A stretch of DNA of 60,772 bases, filler included, from Circinaria calcarea (Eukaryota): the NCBI GenBank assembly GCA_051942165.1. It is 8 parts of 8 records of this genome, joined end to end, with 100 filler letters (N's around TTAATTAATTAA, not from the genome) between each part and the next. Parts side by side here need not be neighbours in the genome. Positions count along the whole stretch, not along the records: positions 22,851 to 30,362 come from JAVECS010001309.1; positions 30,463 to 37,972 come from JAVECS010001310.1; 6 more parts are not named here. One strand, 5' to 3'. Shown in pieces: positions 24,153 through 35,396 of this stretch. Made by a program: the position numbers and the translations under genes. The notes beneath the pieces were generated by a model. That model did not search any database and was not told where the DNA came from. It was given only the letters and a program-made list of their open reading frames with translations. Position 1 is the stretch's first letter; each line of letters opens with the position of its first letter.

Positions 24153-25895
24153 TCACTCCGAGTACCTTCTCCCGCTTAATCTCCGATTAGACTCCGGAGG
24201 CCCCATCTTTCGACGTTTACCGATAGAGGTAGAATTCTGCTCCACCTCCAGCGCAAGTTCGTCAGCAGACGTGTCGGTCTCCGCCAAGATAGGTCCTGCC
24301 GGTGATATAGAAGCCTCCCCATAGCCAGATGACTCCAGCGACGGAGATTCGGTGGAGATAACCGGCATCCGTGTATTCGCGGCTTCGATAAATTCATCTC
24401 TCCTTTCCTTGGCCCAGTCTCTGGCATTTCGATATGCGGTTGCTCCCTGCCGGAATGTTTCGGGATTATTTGTCATTGCAAAAGCACCCAGTTGATTCAT
24501 CGAATATTCAGGACGATTTTTTGGATTTGTCGGCTGGGCGGGATGTGATCCATATATTTTTAACTGGCCATCACTATAAATTGATGTAATAGTGTAAGCA
24601 TTGTTGTCATAGACTGGTTCAGGCTGTCCATATGATTGCAGGCTCTGTATGCCTCGAGCACCCAATGCACCATGATAACAGGCCTGTCGTCCGGCAACTG
24701 CAGCAGTTCCATCCGGTCCCTTGGCCGCCAGGAAGAAGTTTGGCGCTATTGGAAGGTCTTCTTGCGTCGATGGGACAATATGGCCTTTAAGCTCATTGCG
24801 GATTCGTCGATTGAGCTGCTCGGGACGAGCTCCATAGAAGAGATCTGGTTTGCCAGATGAAAGTGCACCGTCTGTCAAATGGTCCAAGTTGGTGAACGGT
24901 ATGTCTCCTACAACGCATTTTCCATCATTGATCTCGCCTTGAATGATTGGAATTACTGAATCTGTTACTTTAATTTCTTTAGATGCGTGCGCATTCGCTC
25001 GTTTGAATTTTCTGAACGCCCCATCAGAGAATTGCGACGGCGATAGAGAGGGCCGCCGTTGTATTAGTCTCTGATTGATCTCCTCCCAATTATTCGGTGC
25101 TGGCGGGATTCGACCATCAGGGTACTCATATTCTTCAGGGTAGACACCGTGATCGATGAGGTTCTGTTGAAAGTTACGGTGATAGGCCGTGGTAGTAGCG
25201 GTGGTTGTGGTGGGTATGGTGGCTGGGGTCTGCGGTTTTGAACTAGATACTAAAGACCGCTTTCTACCTCGACCCCGGGAGCTGGATTGGATCGAGCTCA
25301 TCGCGTGATCGAAAGGGTTGATAGGTTGCGGATACTGAAGAGACATGATCAACTCTGAGGCCGGCAGGGATTTGGCAATACATACACCCCTCAAGTCCAA
25401 CAGGTCTGGACCACCGTGTTTGGCGAATCGCTTTATATCCCCTAGACACTTCGATGTACAGTGACAAAGAAAGTCAGAGGCAGATTGGATCAAGCGATTC
25501 TTTCCTTCCGACTCAGCAAGAGCGTGTCGGGTGAAGGGTCTGTGGGATCCCCAGCGTGACGAGCAGGGTGATCTTGGAGCAGATTGGGCGTTCCTTCGGT
25601 CTAACTCCCTCAACGCGCCTTTGGTCAGCCAGACCTTCGATAGGTTATCATAAAAAGCTGCTGGCGTTCGAGATCGAACTTCGCTTTGAGGATGGTCGAG
25701 CTTTCCCCTCTTTAACGGAGGTTGCGATATCCTATTTAGTTGAGGCGAGTGTTGCTCGGGACGTTGACGTTTGCGTGGATTGGAAAGATGTGGTTCGAGC
25801 ATGGGACATTCATCACCAACAGCATTGCCCGGTTCTTCGAAGAGTGGAGATGGATCAACGACGGATGGGGAGCGGCGGCGTTTATATCCTGCCAT
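24153..25895 (-). CDS. Fungal accessory protein with PD-(D/E)XK-like C-terminal domain (KPD..YG / PNFFLxAKGPDG family), one in-frame intron
   Basis: FYDNLSKVWLTKGALRELDRRN, FAKHGGPDLLDLRG|YP, KPDLFYGA, PNFFLAAKGPDG..RQACYHGALGAR, FRQGATAYRNARDWAKERRD; intron about 25337-25387. Confidence 0.82.
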   Translation of the reverse strand: MAGYKRRRSPSVVDPSPLFEEPGNAVGDECPMLEPHLSNPRKRQRPEQHSPQLNRISQPPLKRGKLDHPQSEVRSRTPAAFYDNLSKVWLTKGALRELDRRNAQSAPRSPCSSRWGSHRPFTRHALAESEGKNRLIQSASDFLCHCTSKCLGDIKRFAKHGGPDLLDLRGVCIAKSLPASELIMSLQYPQPINPFDHAMSSIQSSSRGRGRKRSLVSSSKPQTPATIPTTTTATTTAYHRNFQQNLIDHGVYPEEYEYPDGRIPPAPNNWEEINQRLIQRRPSLSPSQFSDGAFRKFKRANAHASKEIKVTDSVIPIIQGEINDGKCVVGDIPFTNLDHLTDGALSSGKPDLFYGARPEQLNRRIRNELKGHIVPSTQEDLPIAPNFFLAAKGPDGTAAVAGRQACYHGALGARGIQSLQSYGQPEPVYDNNAYTITSIYSDGQLKIYGSHPAQPTNPKNRPEYSMNQLGAFAMTNNPETFRQGATAYRNARDWAKERRDEFIEAANTRMPVISTESPSLESSGYGEASISPAGPILAETDTSADELALEVEQNSTSIGKRRKMGPPESNRRLSGRRYSE

Positions 25896-26280
25896 ACCTG
25901 TTGTATGAGGGGTGGAAGTTAGCAAGTGTCGGGTAAAATTACCGGACCCTGTTTCAAGTCGCACCTGGGAGGCTCGGGTGCGATATTTGTATGGGCGGTT
26001 GGAAAATAATGCTCCGTATGCGGGGTTATTATGCTCCCTACCCTTATGGATTATCAATACTCCGTACTCCGTATTGGCTGTGTTGACGCGCCAAAATGAT
26101 GTGGGGTGCTAGAGCGCGCCTAGGCATTATCAACCGTGTTTCTTCAACCTGCATATTCACTGTAGTGGGGTTCAACACTCCATACTGTACTTTGTATGCC
26201 AATTCTCGAAATTTCCTTTTTCTCTGCAAAACGGATCGTTCAGCACCCCTACACAAGACCAGTCTCACTCCTCATCGAAC

Positions 26281-27123
26281 ATGGCTGACCAGACGGACCT
26301 TCTATTACCATCCTCCCAACTATCACTCCAAGAGCTTTGTGAGAAGAAGTATCTAAGCCAGATCTTAGATTCGAGCTTTACAGCTTCGGACTTTGCGGCG
26401 CTTGAACCTCGCCTACAGGAAATACTATTTAGCAAATTGCGAACAGAGACGACTCGTCTACGCGAAATCGAGAAAAAGTGGTGCCGACTAACGAGGTCCT
26501 GTCCACGTGTTGATACTAAAATCCACTTGGACCATAACAGGATTGAGTATGGTGACCCGGATGATGAAGAGGATGACTGCATTCTACGAGAAGGATTTCT
26601 AGCGAAGTGGTCATATCTTGGTGAAGATAACAACGAAAGCCAAGCCGGGGCAGATGCTGCATGGTACGCTGGAAGAGCTGAAGCAAATGAAGACCACCTC
26701 TCTAGGGGCACGAAGAATCACCCCAATATCCACTGGCATCACTCAGATCTTATCTGTGAACCGTCAGAGTCGGGTCTAGGACTCTACGTCCACCGTCCTT
26801 CAACTCCGCGCTCTTTTTACTCCAAGTGGTCCAATAGTTTTTGGTTTCGAATCTCATCGCAGCTTCTCCTCTACCGCCTTACCGTTACTTTTGGCATGCC
26901 ACCACCGAAAGAAACAGACGGCTACAAATCCTGCTGGGAGATAGAACTGGTACACTGTGATGGTGCTAGTGTTTTGGAGTTTGGAGAACACAAAGGGGCT
27001 GCTAGTGCAAGATTCCGCGGTACCACAGATGCCAGCGATGATGCTCTGAAGCTCCTAAACTTCTTGGTTGGAATCAATTGTCCGCACACTTATGATGGAA
27101 TAGTGGCAGGCACAATAGCATGA
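26281..27123 (+). CDS. Intronless hypothetical protein, 280 aa
   Basis: Clean ATG-TGA ORF with a globular-looking C-terminus (ISSQLLLYRL..FG..DGYKSCW..HKG..CPHTYDGIVAG); function unknown. Confidence 0.75.
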   Translation: MADQTDLLLPSSQLSLQELCEKKYLSQILDSSFTASDFAALEPRLQEILFSKLRTETTRLREIEKKWCRLTRSCPRVDTKIHLDHNRIEYGDPDDEEDDCILREGFLAKWSYLGEDNNESQAGADAAWYAGRAEANEDHLSRGTKNHPNIHWHHSDLICEPSESGLGLYVHRPSTPRSFYSKWSNSFWFRISSQLLLYRLTVTFGMPPPKETDGYKSCWEIELVHCDGASVLEFGEHKGAASARFRGTTDASDDALKLLNFLVGINCPHTYDGIVAGTIA

Positions 27124-29126
27124 ACGCGGCCGCTTTGTAAACTGAAGATGGTCTACTATGTGGCCAAATTGACGAGAATACCTGGCAAGATAGCTGGTCT
27201 TTGCTCCCGAGCTGAGAGTTGTGTTATTGGCCAATAATAAAAGTGCGTACCAGAGTTCCCATGCTAGTGAAGGAGAATACGTGATTGTGTAACAACATGG
27301 TAACTGATCGACCATCTGATTATAGTACTCGCATTCCTCCACTCATCATGCAGCATATTCCAGGACTCATCCTGCAATAATCTTGTCCCACGATCATCGC
27401 GCGGTTCACTGAGCATTGAGGTAATCATGGGCCAACAGCCAGGCACAGTAGGCTGCCAATTACATCATATTTGGATCGATTTTCTAATAGAGGCTACCAT
27501 GAGTCACACTGCAATATCATGCAGTTAGGTAGGTAGCAAACCGTTCTCATACGACTTTGACTGGCTCGCCAGATTGGTTTAACCCTTAATCAGTAATTAC
27601 TCTCATGTTTATATAATAGTCCTTGTTAATTACTAAACATGATCATCACAACGCTCATCACGCCAGCCGCTTGTCTCCGTTAATCTGTCTCCCTCCTTTC
27701 CCCGTTGCTTAACATCGTCATCTCTCCGCAGATGAAGAAGGATTTCACGTCCTGAGTTGAAAGTTAGGCTAAACTGACCAACCCTTGAAGTACGCCCAGA
27801 GTCGGCCTGTATGTAAATTGTGTAAGGCTGGAAAGAGCCGCTTCCAAACAGTAAAAAGCGTATTTAGCATTCCTGAGCATATATTACAAACGAGTCATGA
27901 GCCAGACCAACGCGGGGTGGAAAGAGATGCCAGAACTGGTAGGGTACCATGGTTGAAAAAGGGATGACGAAATTGCAGCAGCTAACAGAACTGACGCCAT
28001 ATATTCAATGGAAAAAGATACCAGTTGGCTTACCACGGCTGTAAGAAGACTAGTTAGGACTAAGTTGTACATAGGGAACACGACAGAGGTGATCTCTATT
28101 TTCTTCGAACATCTTTCATCCGTATGACTCATAGATACCTTATGCTTTGATGTCTGCTTTGCGTTATTTTTCGCCATCTTCTATAAATGGAATTTATTCT
28201 GGGCTCCTAGCATCCAGGTCAGATCTCCACAGTCCTATTTCTGTCTCCGCGTGCCCCTGTTAAGCTTTCCCTTGTTTTATGTCCATGTCTTACCAACAAT
28301 GAACGTTCTCTCTACCAAGTCTATTGTAGCATTAAAGAGGTTTAGCTGAGAATTAGCTTTGAGAAGTTAAGGGTGATGAAAAGGAGCATCTCATGTCGCT
28401 GTGAGGAGTATTGGTACCGGATTGGTAGTGTGGTAATGGGGTTCACGATTTAGAAGCAGTTTTTTTTTCGCCGCGAACAATACTTGGTCCCCGATTGGAT
28501 TCTATCTCGGACTCTCGGAGGATTTAGAGGATGGGAAAGGGTTCGAGGAATTTCAGGGTAGAATAATATAATCAAACTTATCCGTGGCAAATACATTTCG
28601 CATCTCAAGGTATTCATCTCCGTTAGACTAATATGCTGCCAAAGGCGAATTAATATGGACTAGGGAAAGTCTACGATTGGCGCGCTTAACGCGGAAATCT
28701 AAATTTTTATCCGAACGAACACTTAAAGTCGATATACCTTAGCCCTACCTACTTGACCTGTTCAGAGTATAACTCTGTATGAAATCGGCGGGGCGTTGAG
28801 CAAATAGCGCGAAAAGATGCATGAATGGGTACTAAGAATATGCGAACTACAGAAAGGCACTGTAGGCAGCAGCCTCTATATGGAGCCGTACAACGTGACT
28901 CACCACAACCGCCACACACTGCCGTTCTGCCGTTCTACAACCCGTGACTCATAGGGCCCATATCAACACAGGACTGGCTATTTAAACTGCCAACTTGGAT
29001 GTATATCTGTACGAAGGTGAAAAGAGACCACCAAGTCTAGTTTTTTAACTGTGTCCCACGTGTTTCAACGCAAAGCCGCAGCGTCAAAAGGTGCTCAATC
29101 AATTCGGCTTGATAAGAATCCCCGGG

Positions 29127-30362
29127 ATGGCAATAACTAAACGGCCAGTAGTAATGGAGAAACGCAATAGACAAAAGGTGTACAAGAGTACGGAACAAAC
29201 GTCGATTCCAGAAGATCCCACCCTGCCGTCCAGGCAGGATGGTATACTTGAGCACACAAGAGAGGCCACGCCAGAGCAAGATTTTCCGAGCTCAGTCCCC
29301 GACGGTTCCTACCTTCACCTCCCTCCTGAAATCCTTCTCATCATAATCTCATACGCCTCATATCAGGAACACTCCCAGCAAACCTTGCATGCCGCTGCTC
29401 TCGTTTCACGTTCCTGGCATTCAGCAGCAGTGTCGTTTCTTTACCGCAGACCTTACATCACGGGGAAGAATTTCAAGCTATTTGTTGCGACTGTCTGCCC
29501 GTCCGTTAACGTGTATGTTCGAAAGAAAGAACTTGCAAGTATGGTCAGGGTTCTCGACCTGGGCAACTTGGTACACGAGAGTCGTAAAAGCATGACAGCG
29601 AGGCTGCTAGGTCGCCTTAAAGAAGGCTTAGAGGAATTCCGATCTCCGCAAACCTCATTCGCGTACGAGCACCCTTAGAAGCTCTCTTCATATTCCATAT
29701 ACTGATTGAAAGACAGTATCAACTCCCTTGCTGCACTTTCCAAATGCCACGCCCTCCGCCATCTCGATCTCTCCTTGATTTGCGAACCCCTTTCCTTATC
29801 TGCATTCTTCCGCTCCCTAACACCGCTTACAAATCTGACATCGATCCACTTTCCTCGCACCTCCATTGAAGATATCAACCTTGATATTTCTCCACCTCAA
29901 TGGCCGCGTAAACTTCATCAACTCTACATTTCGGGTGGCCTTCACGATACCTCACTTCCCTACTTCACTTGCCTGCCCCCAAGTCTCAAAGGCCTCACCA
30001 TCGACAATTGCCCAAACTTATCAGTGAGTTTCGTCAGGAATTTGCTAGAGACTGTCGGGGAGCAGCTACGGTACCTGAAGATCGGATGGAACATGCCCAA
30101 ACTCGAGGAGGGATCCCTCGACGATATCCTGTCTCTCGCGCCAAATGTATGGGAATTAACTATCGCGATGGACTTTCTCGACATACGGTTCGTGTATCCT
30201 GTCGGCGGTCGTAAGCAGGCACCGCATCCAGTGGAGTGTATCACGTTCGATACCCCTCCGTACCGTACAACCTACGGGTTCTCGGCTTATTTGTGCGACT
30301 TTTTTTCCGGGTCGATCAGTGGCGGAAGATTGCCTCGCTTGAGAAGGGTAGGGATCACTAGG
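29127..30362 (+). CDS. F-box / LRR-like protein, 3'-truncated
   Basis: F-box HLPPEILLIIISY..LVSRSW; leucine-rich repeats (VRVLDLG, LRHLDLS, LKGLTI, LRYLKI); intron 29663-29717. Confidence 0.85.
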
Positions 30363-30462
30363 NNNNNNNNNNNNNNNNNNNNNNNNNNNNNNNNNNNNNN
30401 NNNNNNTTAATTAATTAANNNNNNNNNNNNNNNNNNNNNNNNNNNNNNNNNNNNNNNNNNNN
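30363..30462. other. Artificial contig spacer
   Basis: N44-TTAATTAATTAA-N44. Confidence 0.98.
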
Positions 30463-32111
30463 AGGCAATAGATTGAGAGGCAAACGAAGGGAGTTGAAGA
30501 GCGCCAGAGAAGAGAAAATATAGGCAGGATTGAGACTGTGGTCCGAAAGGGAGTAGGTGATGAAAGCCAGCATTGATGCGAAGATAGGCATCGACATGGA
30601 GACAGCGTTGATCGCATTTCGAATCGCAAGAAGGAATTGGATGGATCGGATTTCACGCTTTCTAATGTCTCCAATTCTTGCCAAAAAGCTACTTTCCCAC
30701 CCAAAATACTTGACGAATCGCACTGCCTGGAGGATTTCCTGGGTCAGAGATACTCTCTGATCAGTCACCTTGTTTATCCCCTTCCTTCGGACGAATAATG
30801 ACTTGATTGCCTTGGTAAGTAAGGGGGTGCTGATAAGAAGTAGGGCAAAACCAGCGAGAGCCGAGTAAGTTATGTTGATAAGTAGAAGAATAAGTGTAAT
30901 GATCATAGCAAAGGGCCCCGTCCAAAGCAGATGGAACATAGTAAAAGACTGATCAACACGGTAAGTATCCGTGGACATTAGATTGACGATCCTTCCATTT
31001 CCCCAACCAACGCCATCTCCGGAAATCCCCTGTGCGATGTCATCCGACTTCTGAGGGCCACCCCCAGGTGATAACTTTTTCTCGAGGAACCTTTTCACGA
31101 ATCCCTCCTTCGCCATGGCAGCGTCTTTCGCATCATCCACGTCCCGCTGGGCATTCCCATCGTCAATCGGTCGACCACCCGCCTTGGCACGACCAGACAG
31201 CCTCATAGCCTTGTCGAATATCGCCGCAATGAGGGCTCCTCTTGACTGTCCACCAATCATCATACCACGGTAAATAAAATGACTCGTGCCCAAGCTTTGA
31301 AGCATCTGCATAACTGTGATTGCAATGACAAGGCCGACTCCTTTCCCGATATTTGGTCCGGGAGTACCTCTTCTCTGTGCAGCATATGCCTCACTAGCAA
31401 ATGTGATGAGATATCGGAGGGTGAACGGGGATACGACTTGAAGTGTACTGGAAGAGAGCTGACATAGACCTCCCGTCCAGAACTCGACTTTAAAGGTTTC
31501 GTGCATGGCCCATAATAGCGGATATTTGTCACCTCGGGTAACACGCCTGTTGAAGGAAGCAGTAAGCTTGTCGGTGAGTACGTCGACCCCGCGATTGGGG
31601 TTCACGAGCCATATATCGTTGAGCTCCAACGGTCGTTTATATCCAACCTGTCTTCGTATAAGCACACCAACAAACGGGAGAAGTCAGCAAGTCCTCATAC
31701 CACCATCAATGGAGCCATCCACTGGAACGTAAGCATGCTAAAGAAACTAGCACCATACTCCCGTGACACTGTTCTCTGCTTTGGTATGGGGGGTGGTGGC
31801 CCCCGTCTCAGGGGATTTAGACGCTTGTACCATGGCTTCCTCGTCGATCTCGTGGTGGTCCTCGGCTCTGTGGTGGAGGTTGACGTTACCGATGAGGCGG
31901 TGACCGTCCTATGTGCCTCTGGATGAATCTGCTTCTCGTCTGCTTCCACCGTTTTCTCCGGATCCTGTGCCTCTTGCAAAGATACATCACTGTCTGTTCC
32001 CACATATTGTAATGGCTCTGTAACATGTGGTTCTGACGGACTGGTTTCAACAGCAGCAGCCTCATGGTCCGCAGCAGCGTGTTCCGCGCCTTGGCGGCCT
32101 GATTCAGCCAT
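30463..32111 (-). CDS. YOR1: ABCC/MRP-family ABC transporter, YOR1-like, N-terminal TMD1 fragment
   Basis: SREYGASFFSMLTFQWMAPLM|VGYKRPLELNDIW, GRIVNLMSTDTYRVD, TDQRVSLTQEILQAVRFVKYFGWE, IFSSLALFNSLRLPLNLLP; intron 31648-31700. Confidence 0.92.
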
Positions 32112-33312
32112 AATTGTCTTGCGATCTCGCAGGGAAGGGGAGTAGATGGCGACGGCAGCATCTCTTAATCAAAAAGGACGACTTACAAACAGGCAGACTA
32201 GTGACGTTGAACTGGCAGATGGTGTCGTAAGGCAATGCCGATAGAAAGTGTGCAGGGATCGAATTACCAAGCAATTGGGATCGCTCGGCGTTAAAGACTT
32301 CCGTCGAGGCGAGACCGCCCCAAAACGTACGATGCTTACCAAAGCTTAATCCTTCATGAGGTGTTGCTTGTCACGCCGGAAGAGGGGCCTTTGTTCTGCT
32401 GCATTGGCCCCAATTTTCCACAGCCGACTCTGAACCTGGACGGGCTCATTGAACTGATTGGCTACCCACAAACCTGTAGAAATACTTGAAGATTGAGTAA
32501 CAGGACGGGTAGAGCCTCAGCAGCAACAGAGTCTAATCGCTCCACCGTAAATTCGATGCGGTTATGATGGAGATACTCCGTAACTCCGTTTCGATGATGT
32601 GCATCCTTCGCATCCAGGAGGCCAGGCGGCCACTCAAAAGAGGAGCGGTCAAGTCAAGTGGGGATCTCTGCATGGTCGCTAAATTGATACAGAAGGTGAC
32701 TGCACCCAGAAAAGCCGCGTAGCCTGGTGGGACAGTTACAAATTGAAATCTTCGAGACGGATGACAGACGTAAGGCTTATATGAATCTCGGATGATGTGG
32801 CAGACACACAAATGTATATTGAGATAGACGCGAACGTTGGTCAAGTATTGGCACGCGCTTGGGTTGCAACCACAACCACTGTTATCAGCGGCGAAGCACT
32901 AATTCTTGGCCTGTGCGGATTGTTGTTACAAAACGTCGCACAGAATATCCCCATTATTCCGGGATTTACCGGGAGTCACCTCGAACCAAGAATATGGCTA
33001 GGAAGCCCTCAAATCGTAGGTGGATGTCTAGGTCATGATTTTCATTGAACACAGGTTTTAAAGCAGTAATCCCAATCAGATAGATTGCCTCGAGCATATA
33101 CCATGATTCTACTCGCTGACTCCTCGACATGCTGGTCTTCTCAACACTGACGCGCACCCAAAAATGCTTTCTTGGTACAGTTCCTTTCCAAATACACATT
33201 CCCCCATCTGTCCTCTCGATATCTCGGTATCGACACGCTGGATGTCGGAATTTTATTGGTTGATTCCTTCTCATCTTTCACTGAGGCCTCACACCCCAGC
33301 CATCCCAGATAC

Positions 33313-34950
33313 CTAAATATCCAAAGTAATCCGTACATTCTTCTCGCTCGGAGGAATGATAGCGTCTTCCTTTTCACCCTTCAGGTCAGGCAACTCCTTC
33401 ATTGCACTGCCGATGATTTCTATCGCCTTGTGTATCTCATCTTCTGTAATGACCAACGGTGGCGCCATGCGAATGATGTTCTGGTGGGTGGGTTTGGCCT
33501 TCAGTTCATCAGCGTCCCCGTTCTTCTTTAGATGGGCAATTTTTACAGCTCTGCCCACCAGTAATCCTTTGTCCTTCATCAGCATGCACAGATCCCATGC
33601 GCTGTGACCACCCGTCTTCGTCTCATCAATGACCATGGCATTCAGGAGGCCTTTGCCACGTATGGTCTCGACCATTGGACTCTTGAGGTCCTTAAGCCCG
33701 TTCCGGAAAACATGACCCAGGCGCTCAGCACGTTCGACCAAGTTCTCGTCCCGCACGATCTCCAATGCTCTGATAGCGACGGCGCATCCTAACGGATTAC
33801 CACCGTAGGTCGAGCCATGTGTCCCAGGCTCGATGGTGAGCATAACGTCTTTCGATCCTAATACGCATGACACGGGATACATGCCCCCTGATATTGCTTT
33901 ACCAAGGAGGACGAGATCAGGCTTAATACCGGCCCACTCATGGCATAGTAAACGCCCTGTCCTTGCAATGCCGGTTTGAATCTCATCACATATTAAGAGA
34001 ACGTTATGCTTGTCGCAAAGAGCTCTGACCTCTTTGAGGTAGTTCTCATCCGGCACGACGATTCCCGCTTCACCTTGTATTGGTTCGACGAGGAAGGCAG
34101 CGGTTTTCGTCCCATGCGCTTCAAGTGCAGACTGAAGAGCTGGAATATCGTTAAAGGGTAGAATTTGTTTGGTGCTTGGGCATGATGCGCCAACGTTAGG
34201 CAGGTAAGGGCCGTAGTTGTCTCGGGATTCATGGTCCGTTGACATGGATATTGCAGCAAACTACAACAGACGTCAGTCTTTTCCACCGTGTTCAGTTTTT
34301 CAACATCTTCACCGTTCTTCCATGAAAGTTTTCTGCCACGCTCATGACCAGAGCCTCATTCTGTAGGATGCCTTTGACTTTGTAGCCCCATTTCCTTGCA
34401 ATCTTGACCGAGGTCTCGACCGCTTCTGCACCAGTGTTCATGGGCAAAACCATGTCAAAGCCAAAATATTTGGTGACGAACTCGGCGAATCGAGGAAAGA
34501 CGTCATTGTAGAATGCCCTGGAGCTTAGCGTCAGTCTCGAGGCTTGCTCCGTAAGTGCTTTGATGAGCTCTGGGTGGCAGTGTCCCTGGTTGATAGCGCT
34601 ATATGCCGATAGGAAATCGAGATATTGCTTCCTATACAGACGGTCAGTGGTTCATTCTTTTCTTCTTTTCGTTATTGTTTCACTCGCCCCTCTGGATCCC
34701 ACACCGAAGTTCCCGAGGCCCGAGCAAACACGATGGGTAGAGGGTGGTAGTTGTGAGCCGCGTAAGTCTGTTCGCTTTGAAGTGCTTCTGCGGTAGACGA
34801 AGCATGGTACTTTGATGGATCTGGAGTACCGGTGGGATGAAAGGACGGCGCGGTTGCTTTCAGTGTCGTTGTACCAACGTGGCCGTTGGTATGTCCATTG
34901 GTATGCCCATTGGTGGGCCTATTTGCTTCTGTTGTAGCGGAGGGCGCCAT
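33313..34950 (-). CDS. CAR2: Ornithine aminotransferase, 3 introns (first is GC-AG)
   Basis: [59 protein letters not shown] (PLP Lys), [20 protein letters not shown]. Confidence 0.97.
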
Positions 34951-35396
34951 GATGGCTGTCTTATTCAGAAGGTGGAAAATAACAATTGAACCTTTTCTTT
35001 CCAACGGGAATATCAAAGCCTAAGAGTAGCTAGGATGGGAAACGGGCTAGATGTAGTAAATGGTGGGAAGTTGCCTCTCCCACATCGATCGGTCGTCTTA
35101 CGTTCTTGCTAGACTCCCAAGTGCAGTCGTATCCCTTCTAGTTGATCACAGGCTCAAACGATCGATGGAGAATTTCCCTTCTTGGTCGAGTGACTAATCG
35201 CTATTGTCGTGGGTTGTATTTGGTAAAGCGGGGCATTCAGCCTGGAGGGTTTTTTCTTTTGGAGGGGCAGAAAGACAAGGGACTGGCCCCTCCCTAGCGC
35301 GAAACATACCAAACCCCCACTCTACAAAAACGGCATTGGTGTATTTTGCTGACACAGACAATCAAAAATGTCGCCGCGACTGGGAATGCTCCGAGT

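Noticed and set aside
651..34950. Nitrogen-metabolism cluster (DSD1, nitrate transporter, Par32-like gene, CAR2)
   Set aside because: The genes lie on different size-sorted contigs; only DSD1 and the transporter are truly adjacent.
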